Of a stretch of DNA of 64,000 nucleotides, positions 49,350 through 58,532 are shown piece by piece. Both the position numbers and the translations under genes were made by a program. Position 1 is the stretch's first letter. Each line of letters starts with the position of its first letter. The DNA is from Treponema sp. (lineage in GTDB: Bacteria; Spirochaetota; Spirochaetia; Treponematales; Treponemataceae), in contig JAIKYZ010000027.1 in NCBI GenBank assembly GCA_024682655.1, forward strand, positions 1,071-65,070, read 5' to 3'. The notes under the pieces were generated by a model. It made no database searches. It worked only from the letters and a program-made list of their open reading frames with translations, and was not told where the DNA came from.

Positions 49350-51269
49350 ATGAAGAAGCCGGGAGAAAAAAGGTTAACCTTTGCAGTTTGTGTTTCTGGT
49401 TATAACTGGGAATGGGATTATAGAATTATTAATGGAATTCTTCGTAAATGTCAGAAAAATGATGTAAATCTTTTAATTTTTAATTCTCTTATGCTTAAAG
49501 GAGATTTTCCAAAAGGAATTGAGATAACAAAAAATCTTGTCCGTGGAGAATCAGAAATCTTTAATCTTATCAATTATGATTTGGTTGATGGAGTTATTCT
49601 TTTAGGAGACTCTATTTATCGAAGAAAATCAATTCAAGAAATCTCTGATAAATGTGATTTACATAAAATTCCCTGTATAAACATAAATGACGTACGTACA
49701 AAACTTAAACATAATGTTTATTTGGAAAACACTCATGCAATGGAGCTGGTAGTTGACCATCTTGTAAAGGTGCATAATTGCAAGAGAATCAATTTTATTG
49801 GTGGATATCCTGATAACAAAGAAACAATTGAACGCCTAGCTGCCTATAAAAAAATCCTTACAGAAAATAATATTCCAATTCAGGAAGAAAGAATTGATTA
49901 TGGTCATTTCTGGAAACATTCTGTTGAATGTGTTGAAAAAATGCTTGAATTTGATGTTCCGGAAGCAATTGTTTGTGCCAATGATACAATGGCAGTCTTA
50001 ATTTCTGATTATCTTAAAAACCGGGGATTTAAAATTCCTCAGGATATTATTATTACCGGTTTTGATGGAATTAATGATGCTTTTGCCTATCATCCTACTA
50101 TTACAACCGTTTCTTCAGATTTTGAAAGTACAGGTGCTAGAACTTATGAAATGATGGAAGAACTGATAAAGGGTAATAAGGATATTGGAGATATTACAAT
50201 TCAATCAGAATTAATTATTCAGGAATCTTGTGGTTGTATGCACTTACAAAAGGAAGAGCATAATTTTATAGACAGCCGTTATAACGAAAAGAATTTCACC
50301 CTGGATTTTAATAAGAGACTGGTAAAGACAAATATTTATATTTCAGATTCCAATACTTCTGATGAAATTTATTATCATCTTCTGTCAGGTGCCGAATCTT
50401 TTGGTTTTAAGAGATTTACTTTCTGTCTAAATGCAGATTTGGAAAATAGCAGTAAGTTTTTCTTTAGTAATAATGACCAGAATAATTATGGAATAGCTAA
50501 AAATCTTTTTGAAGTATATTTGGATGAAAACAGTAAGGTATGCCGTAAGGATTTTGAAGCTTCGCAATTGTTGTCTTATGATTTCTTAAATGGTCCTGAG
50601 CCTGTTGTAATGACTTTTTCTCCTTTGTATTACAAGACCTATTTTTTGGGCTATATGGCCTTTGAACCTGTAAAACTAAAACTTGAAGTAGATGGGGATT
50701 ATTTCTTTCTTTATTCTTTACAGGCCGCAAATGAAATTCAGAGTTTTTATGTAAAAAGAGAACTGGAAATTATAAACAAAATAGATTATATGACCGGGCT
50801 TTATAATCGTCGTGGAATGGATAAAGTTTGCAAAGATATTTTAGACGAATTGAAATATGAAAAAAAGCATCTTTATATGCTCTGTGCCGATATAGATAAT
50901 CTAAAAATTATTAACGATAAATATGGCCACGAAGCAGGGGATAGTGCAATTATCCAGATAGCATCAGCAATTAAAAAGGTTTTTGCAGATTATGCCTGTA
51001 TTAGAACTGGTGGAGATGAATTCTGCATAATTATAAGTGAAGACAAAAAAATCAACGTTGAAAAGATGATTAAAAAGGTGGACGAGGAATTAAAAATTTA
51101 TAATAAAAACAGTCAGCTACCTTACAGTCTTTTATGTAGTTGTGGTTATTATTCTCTTGATTCAGATAAATTTATCAGTTTTGAAGATATGCAGAACAAG
51201 GCAGATAGGAATTTATACGAGGTAAAGGCAAAGCATCATCAGAAAAAATTATTTGCCCCAAAAATCTAG
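49350..51269 (+). CDS. diguanylate cyclase with LacI-type sugar-binding sensor domain
   Basis: PEAIVCANDTMA, ITGFDG, PTITTV sensor motifs; DYMTGLYNRR, NDKYGHEAGD, RTGGDEF. Confidence 0.9.
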   Translation: MKKPGEKRLTFAVCVSGYNWEWDYRIINGILRKCQKNDVNLLIFNSLMLKGDFPKGIEITKNLVRGESEIFNLINYDLVDGVILLGDSIYRRKSIQEISDKCDLHKIPCININDVRTKLKHNVYLENTHAMELVVDHLVKVHNCKRINFIGGYPDNKETIERLAAYKKILTENNIPIQEERIDYGHFWKHSVECVEKMLEFDVPEAIVCANDTMAVLISDYLKNRGFKIPQDIIITGFDGINDAFAYHPTITTVSSDFESTGARTYEMMEELIKGNKDIGDITIQSELIIQESCGCMHLQKEEHNFIDSRYNEKNFTLDFNKRLVKTNIYISDSNTSDEIYYHLLSGAESFGFKRFTFCLNADLENSSKFFFSNNDQNNYGIAKNLFEVYLDENSKVCRKDFEASQLLSYDFLNGPEPVVMTFSPLYYKTYFLGYMAFEPVKLKLEVDGDYFFLYSLQAANEIQSFYVKRELEIINKIDYMTGLYNRRGMDKVCKDILDELKYEKKHLYMLCADIDNLKIINDKYGHEAGDSAIIQIASAIKKVFADYACIRTGGDEFCIIISEDKKINVEKMIKKVDEELKIYNKNSQLPYSLLCSCGYYSLDSDKFISFEDMQNKADRNLYEVKAKHHQKKLFAPKI

Positions 51270-51357
51270 GTATATTGTAGGCTGCTGGTAAATATTGTAT
51301 TAAAACACTATATGTGGTATATTCAAGTCATAAATCAATTATAAAAGAGGTCTTATT

Positions 51358-52656
51358 ATGCCTTATACCGAGCCAACAAGTCTTGCGATTGTTGCCTGTC
51401 CTGGTGGCGAAGCTTTCGCCAATGAAGTCATAACGCACCTTAAACACATGTACAAACACCGCTTCACTTTGAAGAACGATGTTGTGTCAAAGCGTTATGA
51501 GCTGACTAAAGAAGAGCTTGTACAAAAGATTAATCTGCAGAACGATTTGCAGACTAGTGATGTTTGTATAAGAGGTGCTACTAATAAGTACAGACCGCCT
51601 GTATTCAAAGTTAATGCACGGTTTACTTATTTTGCTAATGGTGAGGTTAAGACCGAACTTTTAGACACTGTCCGTGGAAAAGATGTATTTATTTTCCAGG
51701 ATGTAGAAAACCACGAAGTTCTTGAATTGAACGGTGGTGCAAACAAAATCAGAATGACTGTAAACGATCATGTTATGTCATTACTGGTTACTATTGATGC
51801 TGTTCGTATGGCAGGTGCAGGAAATATTACACTTGTAGTTCCAGCCTATCCATATGCTCGCCAGCACAAAAGAAAGGGCCGCGAAGGACTTACAGCTAGT
51901 CTTTTAGGTCACATTTATGAAATGCAGAGCGTTTCTCGTATTATTACACTCGATTTACATTCCCGTGAAATTCCTAATGCATTCTCAAGATTAAATCTTG
52001 ATAATCTTCATGCAAGTTATCAGATTATCCGTGAATTGGGCAAAATCGTAGATTTAACTGGGCAGACAGAAGATATGGTTATTGTTTCTCCTGATACAGG
52101 TGCCATTGACCGTAATAAATTCTATGCTTCTGGTTTAAAACTCCCACTTGCTATGATTTACAAAGAGCGTGATTATTCTATCGTAACTCAGGATGCTCAC
52201 TCTACAAATATTAAATCTGTAAAACTTTTAGGAGATGTAAAGGGTAAGGTTGCATTCCTGGCTGATGATATGCTGGGTACAGGTGGAACTTTACTTAAAG
52301 CTATGTCTTTCTTAAAAGAACAGGGCGCTACAAAAGTTATTTGTGCAATTTCTCTTCCATTCTTTACAGGTGATGCAATTAAAAACTTTGATGAAGCTTA
52401 TGAAAAAGGACTTTTCTACAGAATCATCGGTACAAATGCAGTTTACCACGAAGAACTTTTAAACAGAGAATGGTACATTTCAACAGATGTAAGTGGTCTT
52501 TTTGCAAATGTAATTACAAGAATTCATTATAATCAGTCTTTAAGCGAACTTCTTGATAACCGTAATATTATCGAAAAGGTAGTAAAACAGAGTCCAGCAG
52601 GACAATCAAAAGTTGCTGCAAGTACAGACGAAAATGAAAAAAAGGAAGATAAATAG
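51358..52656 (+). CDS. prs: ribose-phosphate pyrophosphokinase, long variant
   Basis: FANGEVK, PYARQ, TLDLH, SPDTG, DDMLGTGGT. Confidence 0.9.
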   Translation: MPYTEPTSLAIVACPGGEAFANEVITHLKHMYKHRFTLKNDVVSKRYELTKEELVQKINLQNDLQTSDVCIRGATNKYRPPVFKVNARFTYFANGEVKTELLDTVRGKDVFIFQDVENHEVLELNGGANKIRMTVNDHVMSLLVTIDAVRMAGAGNITLVVPAYPYARQHKRKGREGLTASLLGHIYEMQSVSRIITLDLHSREIPNAFSRLNLDNLHASYQIIRELGKIVDLTGQTEDMVIVSPDTGAIDRNKFYASGLKLPLAMIYKERDYSIVTQDAHSTNIKSVKLLGDVKGKVAFLADDMLGTGGTLLKAMSFLKEQGATKVICAISLPFFTGDAIKNFDEAYEKGLFYRIIGTNAVYHEELLNREWYISTDVSGLFANVITRIHYNQSLSELLDNRNIIEKVVKQSPAGQSKVAASTDENEKKEDK

Positions 52657-52661
52657 GTCTG

Positions 52662-53807
52662 ATGACTGAAAGTGTCTTTGTCCTTGATATTGGAACGACT
52701 TCACTAAAGGCAGGATTAGTTTCTGCTGATGGTGAGGTCGTTTTTATTTTTAGAAAAAAGTATTTTGCTCCCCTTTCCCTTGATGTTTCAAAATATTGGT
52801 TATCGGCTTTTGACTTAGCTTTCCAAAAGGCTAAAAAATTTTCAAAAAAGCGGGATATTCAGATTAAGGCAATTTGCATTTCTGGAAACGGTCCTACAAT
52901 TGTCGATTGCCGGGGAAAAACTCTTTTATGGAATGGCAGTAATATTCCTCTTGAGCTCAAAGAAAAAGCCCGCCTGGAATTAGAAAAAATCAACCTGCAG
53001 TTAAAAGAAAAAAATATCCATTCTTTATTTCTTCCAAGAATATTATTATTTAAGGAAGTTTACAAAAATTCCTTTGATAAATCGTCTTATATTTTTTCGG
53101 GGCCTGAATATTTAATTTACAAATTAACCGGCCAGGCCCTTACAATTTTACCGGAAAAACGTTATCAAGCTGCCTATTGGGATTCGGCTCTTTTAGATTC
53201 TCTGGGCTTAGCGGCCGAAAAATTCCCTGCCTTTGTAAATACTGCTTCTTTGTCTGGATATTTTAAGGGCCTTCCAGTATTTGCCGGCGGGCCTGATTTT
53301 ATTGTCGCTTTAATTGGTACAAATACTTTAAGTCCAGGAAAAATCTGTGACAGGTCTGGTTCTTCAGAAGGAATTAATCTTTGTGTAAATAAAGAAATTC
53401 ACCGGGATGGCCTTAGAACTCTGCCTTCCCTTATTCCTGATTTGTGGAATTGCTCTGTTTTAATTCCAAATAGCAGTAAATTAAGGGAAAACGAAAGATT
53501 AGGTAAACTTAAAGAAGGTCTTAAACTTTTACAGGAGCTTTCAAAAGAAAATGATTTTGAATTCCCTCTGAAAATGAAAGTTACCGGAGGTCAGACTAAA
53601 AATTCCTTCTGGATGCAGAAAAAGGCTACATTTCTTGAGATGGAACTGGAAGTTTGCGATTGTCCGGATTCTGAACTTTTGGGGGACGCCTGTATAGCCT
53701 GGATGGGTCTTGGAAAATATCAGTCTTTAGGTCAGGCTGCCCAGGTTATTTCAAAAGTAGAAAGAAGTTACAAAGCCCAGACTGAGAAAAATTTGCTTAA
53801 GGACTAA
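52662..53807 (+). CDS. FGGY-family carbohydrate kinase, compact
   Basis: LDIGTTSLKA, AICISG, VTGGQTK, LLGDACIA. Confidence 0.8.
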   Translation: MTESVFVLDIGTTSLKAGLVSADGEVVFIFRKKYFAPLSLDVSKYWLSAFDLAFQKAKKFSKKRDIQIKAICISGNGPTIVDCRGKTLLWNGSNIPLELKEKARLELEKINLQLKEKNIHSLFLPRILLFKEVYKNSFDKSSYIFSGPEYLIYKLTGQALTILPEKRYQAAYWDSALLDSLGLAAEKFPAFVNTASLSGYFKGLPVFAGGPDFIVALIGTNTLSPGKICDRSGSSEGINLCVNKEIHRDGLRTLPSLIPDLWNCSVLIPNSSKLRENERLGKLKEGLKLLQELSKENDFEFPLKMKVTGGQTKNSFWMQKKATFLEMELEVCDCPDSELLGDACIAWMGLGKYQSLGQAAQVISKVERSYKAQTEKNLLKD

Positions 53808-53810
53808 ATT

Positions 53811-54464
53811 ATGACAGTTTATAAAATTCCTCAAAATCTAAAAGCAATTATTTTTGATATTGATTCAACTCTCTACACCAATTCTGCTTATGCTTTTGAA
53901 CAGGTTGATTGTCAGGTTAGACAGTATGCAAAAGAGATTGGAATTACTGCCGAAGAAGCTAGAAAAAAGGTCGCTGATTATAGAAAACTCTTTGCCCAGG
54001 AACATGAGGGAAAAAAAGTAAGTCTTGGAAATACCTTACTTGCCTTTGGAATTCCAATTGAAAAGAGTGTAGAGTGGAGAAAATCACTTTTAGAGCCTGC
54101 CAATTTTTTGAGCCGGGACCAAAAATTATTTGAAGAACTTAAAATCTTGCAAAAAGAATATAAATTGATTTGTGTTACAAATAATCCTGTTTTACCTGCC
54201 AGAAAAACTCTGGAGGCCCTGGGAATAAGTGAATTTTTCCCGGAAATTGTGGGATTAGATAGCTGTTTTAAATCAAAACCTGCCCTGGAACCTTTTATGA
54301 AAGCCTGCCAGATACTTGAATTAGAAGCCCAGAATTGTCTTGCTATTGGTGACCGTTATGATATGGATATTTCTCTGCCTCTTGAAATGGGTATGGGGGG
54401 AATTTTAGTAAAAGGGGTTAGTGAAATATATAATTTACATTCAATAATTTCCTTTAATGCATAA
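53811..54464 (+). CDS. HAD-superfamily hydrolase
   Basis: FDIDSTL motif I, VTNN, KP, IGDRYDMD. Confidence 0.9.
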   Translation: MTVYKIPQNLKAIIFDIDSTLYTNSAYAFEQVDCQVRQYAKEIGITAEEARKKVADYRKLFAQEHEGKKVSLGNTLLAFGIPIEKSVEWRKSLLEPANFLSRDQKLFEELKILQKEYKLICVTNNPVLPARKTLEALGISEFFPEIVGLDSCFKSKPALEPFMKACQILELEAQNCLAIGDRYDMDISLPLEMGMGGILVKGVSEIYNLHSIISFNA

Positions 54465-54491
54465 TTTTACTTTTTATGTTATATTTAAAAT

Positions 54492-55331
54492 ATGGAAATC
54501 AAAGATTTTAGCGACAAGGTAGAATTTACCAATGATGGAAGGCTTTCTTTGTTTTTTGTGGGGACAGGATCAGCTTTTTCCAAGGAATTCTTTCAAAATA
54601 ATCTAATAATTGTAAAGGGAAAGGATCACATCTTGATTGACTGTGGAACTTTATTACCTTTTATATTAGAAGTTGCTTATCACACAAGTATATCTGAAAT
54701 AGAAAACGTTATTTTAACTCATCCACATGCAGACCATATTGGTGGAGTAGAAGAATTAATCTTAAACGGCAGATATGTTAAAAAATCTAAAATAAATATA
54801 ATTATAACCGACGAATTTAAAGAACTTTTGTGGGAACAAACTTTAAGGGGTGGTTGTCAGTATAGTGAAGACGGAAAAATGACTTTTGATGATTATTTTA
54901 ATCAGATTAAGCCTGCTGAAATTCCTGGAACTCCCTGGCCTATGTGGGAAGCAAATATTGGTTCTATAAATATTAAACTTTTCAGAAGTTTTCATGTTAC
55001 TACAATGCCTAATTCCTTTGAAAATTCACAGTTTTCTGTTGGTATGATTATTGATGATAGAATTTTATTCCCTGGCGATACTCAATTTAAGCCAGATCAG
55101 CTTGATTGGATTTTAAATCATTACAATATTGAATGTATTTTCCATGACTGCGATGTATCTGGTTTTAGCGAAGGAGTTCATGCTACTTATCAACAGTTAA
55201 AAACTCTTCCGGACGAGGTAAAGAAAAAAATGTATTTATGCCATTACAATAAAAGTGCCTGTAAAATCAATTCAAAGGCAGATGGATTTGCAGGTTTTGC
55301 TCGTAAAGGTAAGTATTATATTTTTGATTAA
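54492..55331 (+). CDS. MBL-fold metallohydrolase, Apyc1-like putative cyclic-nucleotide phosphodiesterase
   Basis: GTGSAFSK, LIDCG, THPHADHIGGVEE, FHV, GDT, FHDC, GVHA, LCHY. Confidence 0.8.
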   Translation: MEIKDFSDKVEFTNDGRLSLFFVGTGSAFSKEFFQNNLIIVKGKDHILIDCGTLLPFILEVAYHTSISEIENVILTHPHADHIGGVEELILNGRYVKKSKINIIITDEFKELLWEQTLRGGCQYSEDGKMTFDDYFNQIKPAEIPGTPWPMWEANIGSINIKLFRSFHVTTMPNSFENSQFSVGMIIDDRILFPGDTQFKPDQLDWILNHYNIECIFHDCDVSGFSEGVHATYQQLKTLPDEVKKKMYLCHYNKSACKINSKADGFAGFARKGKYYIFD

Positions 55332-55372
55332 TCAAAAATGGTAATAATAATTTAATAAAGATGGAGAAATAA

Positions 55373-56677
55373 ATGAAAAAAATTCTGATTGCATCTACAA
55401 ATGTTGGTGTAATTGATATTGTAAAAAGTGTCTGTAATAAATTTGCCTTATACTTTGATCCTATTTTTTGTCCTGATACAGAAGAAGCTTTAAGCTTTAT
55501 TGATTATGAAATTCCAGAAATTAAAATCCTTGATTTTACCAGTAGCACTATTGATTCTTTTAGGATTTTAAACGCAATCGATTCTGACCCTTGGCTTCAT
55601 AACGGTGGAATTATTGCAATTGTTAAAGATAAAAAAACTGTACAGGAATTTGAATCTAAGAAAAATCCTAATATCCTTGCAATTCAGGTAATTGAAGCTT
55701 TTAAAGAAAATTTTGAAAGACTTCTTAAGATTCTTTGGAATAATCAGCAGTTCCTTTTTAATCGAGGAATGCAGGAATCTATAAACGGTGTTGAAAAAGG
55801 AAAATTTATTTGTGGAAATGATCCTTTTGATATCCGAATGTATGCAAGTTTCCTGGTGAATTATTTATATTGTACAAACCGAATTGATGAAGATGGTCGT
55901 TATGCCCTTCAAACTACTTTTATGGAAATGCTTACAAACGCCCTTGAACACGGTAACTGTAATATTTCTTATGAAGAAAAAAGTAAGTGGTTGGAAAAGG
56001 GTGGAAATATTCTTGATTTAATTAAGGAAAAATCAAAAGACCCTGTGATTGGTGCTAAAAAAATCCACATTGAATATGTTATTGGAAAGGAAAAATCTAC
56101 TTTTACAATTACAGATGAAGGTGATGGTTTTGATTGGCGTTCAAGAGTTCAAAATGATGACTTTACAATGGAAACTCATGGACGTGGAATCTTTATGTCC
56201 AAAAATCTTGTTACAGGATTAACTTACAATGATAAGGGTAATCAAGTTTCTTTTGAAATACAAAATCTTATGAACGTTTCTAATAATGTTCCTTTGATTA
56301 TGTCTACCTTTGCAACTGTTCAATATACAAAACATCAGATTGTTTGCCGTCAGAATGAACCTTCAAATGATTTATTCTTTATTGTGTCGGGCCGATATGG
56401 AGTTTATGTGGATGGAAAATTACTTTCTGTTCTTACTCCAAAAGATATATTTATTGGCGAAATGGCCTTTCTTTTGAATGACCGTCGTTCAGCTACAATT
56501 ATGTCTGCTGGGCAGGGACAGTTGATTCGTATTCCTAAAGTTTCTTTCTTGAATCTTATTAGAAAAAATCCACACTATGGAATATTCCTTTCTAAACTTT
56601 TGGCTCAGAGAGTAACAAATCAAAATCGTAAAACAATTGAACTTTCCAACGAAATCCTGGAATTAAAAAATAAATAA
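55373..56677 (+). CDS. receiver-like + RsbW-type HATPase + cNMP-binding domain protein
   Basis: PEIKILD; EMLTNALEHGN, DEGDGFD, HGRGI, YNDKGN; FIGEMAFLLNDRRSAT. Confidence 0.85.
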   Translation: MKKILIASTNVGVIDIVKSVCNKFALYFDPIFCPDTEEALSFIDYEIPEIKILDFTSSTIDSFRILNAIDSDPWLHNGGIIAIVKDKKTVQEFESKKNPNILAIQVIEAFKENFERLLKILWNNQQFLFNRGMQESINGVEKGKFICGNDPFDIRMYASFLVNYLYCTNRIDEDGRYALQTTFMEMLTNALEHGNCNISYEEKSKWLEKGGNILDLIKEKSKDPVIGAKKIHIEYVIGKEKSTFTITDEGDGFDWRSRVQNDDFTMETHGRGIFMSKNLVTGLTYNDKGNQVSFEIQNLMNVSNNVPLIMSTFATVQYTKHQIVCRQNEPSNDLFFIVSGRYGVYVDGKLLSVLTPKDIFIGEMAFLLNDRRSATIMSAGQGQLIRIPKVSFLNLIRKNPHYGIFLSKLLAQRVTNQNRKTIELSNEILELKNK

Positions 56678-56694
56678 AAGGATTTAAGTTTAAA

Positions 56695-56736
56695 ATAAAA
56701 AAATCGGGACTTTATTAAAAGCCCCGATTTTTTTTT
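56695..56736. terminator. bidirectional terminator between the cNMP-kinase gene and the tRNA
   Basis: A-run, AATCGGG.CTTT/AAAG.CCCGATT stem, T-run. Confidence 0.85.
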
Positions 56737-56809
56737 GATCCTAATGCGAGTCGAACGCACGACCTTTCGCTTAGGAGGCGAATGCTCTATCCAGCTGAGC
56801 TACAGGATC
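56736..56809 (-). tRNA. tRNA-Arg(CCT)
   Basis: reverse complement GATCCTGTAGCTCAGCTGGATAGAGCATTCGCCTCCTAAGCGAAAGGTCGTGCGTTCGACTCGCATTAGGATCA folds to a cloverleaf, anticodon CCT; CCA not encoded. Confidence 0.96.
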
Positions 56810-56854
56810 AGATTTATTTAATATAGCAAAAAAACTATAAAAAATCTCGTAAAA

Positions 56855-58531
56855 TTAGAAAAGACCGGAAATAATTCCATTATCATCAACATCAATGTTT
56901 AATGCTGCTGGTGCTTTTGGAAGTCCAGGCATTGTCATAATATCTCCGGCAAGGGCAACAACAAATCCTGCTCCCGCATATAACTGAACGTCTCTTACAG
57001 GGAAGGTAAAGCCACTTGGAGCGCCAATTAATTTTGGATCATGACTGATTGAATTCTGGGTTTTGGCAATACAAACTGGTAATTTGCCATATCCGGCATC
57101 TTCAAAAGCCTTGAGTTTTTTAAGGGCTGCTGAGTCAAATTCAAGGTCCCCGGCTCGGTAGATTTCTTTGGCAATAGTTTTAATTTTTTCTGCAAGTGGT
57201 AAATCCAAAGAATAAAGTGGATGATAATCAGCTTTTCCACTGTCTGCAATTTCTGCTACTGTGCGGGCAAGTTCTGCTGTACCTTCTCCGCCTTTTTCCC
57301 AGCCTTCAGAAAGAACTGCCTTTGTTCCCAATTTTTCGCAAAGATTTTTTAAAAGTTCAATTTCTTTGTCGCTATCTGTAATAAATTTGTTGATAGCAAC
57401 AACTGCTGGAAGTCCAAATTTTGCAATATTTTCTATGTGAGTTTTAAGATTTTCGAAGCCTTTTTCCAGGGCCTGGCAGTTTTCGCTTGAAAGTTCTGTT
57501 TTAGCAAGACCACCGTGCATTTTTAAGGCTCTGATTGTTGCAACAATAACTACTGCATTAGGTTTTAAACCTGCAGAGCGGCATTTTATATCTAGGAATT
57601 TTTCGGCACCTAAATCTGCTGCAAATCCTGCTTCTGTTACAACGTAATCCCCACTGGCAAGAGCGCAAAGGGTAGCATTTACAGAGTTACAACCGTGGGC
57701 AATGTTAGCAAAAGGACCACCGTGAACAAAGGCTGGATTTTTTTCCAAAGTTTGAACAAGATTTGGTTTGATTACGTCTTTTAAGAGGGCTGCAACTGCA
57801 CCAGTACATTTAAGCTGTCCAAAGGTAATATTTTCTTTCTTGTAGTTCTGACCAATTACAATGCGGTTAATTCTTTCTTTTAATTCTGTGATTGTTTTTG
57901 AAAGACATACAATTGCCATAATTTCTGAGGCAACGGCGATTGTAAAGTGGTCTTCTCTAGGTACGCCCTGAATTCTTCCTCCAAGTCCAATAATTATGTT
58001 GCGGAGGGCTCTGTCGTTTAAATCTAAACAGCGTTTCCAGGTAATTGTTCTTGGGTCAAGGTTTAATTCATTTCCCTGCTGAATATGATTATCAATTAAG
58101 GCTGCAATAAGATTATTTGCAATGCTGATGGCGTGAATATCACCTGTAAAGTGCAGATTTATATCTTCCATAGGAACAATCTGTGCATATCCACCGCCGC
58201 AGGCTCCACCTTTTACTCCAAAACAAGGTCCAAGACTTGGTTCACGTAAGGCAACAACTGTCTTTTTTCCAATTTTATTTAAGCCGTCTGCAAGTCCAAT
58301 AGAAACTGTAGATTTTCCTTCTCCGGCTGGAGTTGGTGTAACAGCTGTAACAAGAATCAATTTTCCTGGATTTTTACTTGCTTTATCCTGTAAAGTTTTA
58401 AGTTCTTCAAAAGTGATTTTAGCTTTATAAGGACCGTAAAGTTCCAGGTCACCTTCTTTGATACCAATTTTTTCAGCAACCTGAGTAATTGGAATCATCT
58501 TGTTTTTCTGAGCGATTTCTATATCTGTCAT
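56855..58531 (-). CDS. fhs: formate--tetrahydrofolate ligase
   Basis: TPAGEGKST, LREPSLGP, LHFTGD, HGGPFANIAHG, TEAGF, MPGLPK. Confidence 0.98.
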   Translation of the reverse strand: MTDIEIAQKNKMIPITQVAEKIGIKEGDLELYGPYKAKITFEELKTLQDKASKNPGKLILVTAVTPTPAGEGKSTVSIGLADGLNKIGKKTVVALREPSLGPCFGVKGGACGGGYAQIVPMEDINLHFTGDIHAISIANNLIAALIDNHIQQGNELNLDPRTITWKRCLDLNDRALRNIIIGLGGRIQGVPREDHFTIAVASEIMAIVCLSKTITELKERINRIVIGQNYKKENITFGQLKCTGAVAALLKDVIKPNLVQTLEKNPAFVHGGPFANIAHGCNSVNATLCALASGDYVVTEAGFAADLGAEKFLDIKCRSAGLKPNAVVIVATIRALKMHGGLAKTELSSENCQALEKGFENLKTHIENIAKFGLPAVVAINKFITDSDKEIELLKNLCEKLGTKAVLSEGWEKGGEGTAELARTVAEIADSGKADYHPLYSLDLPLAEKIKTIAKEIYRAGDLEFDSAALKKLKAFEDAGYGKLPVCIAKTQNSISHDPKLIGAPSGFTFPVRDVQLYAGAGFVVALAGDIMTMPGLPKAPAALNIDVDDNGIISGLF

Positions 58532-58532
58532 A

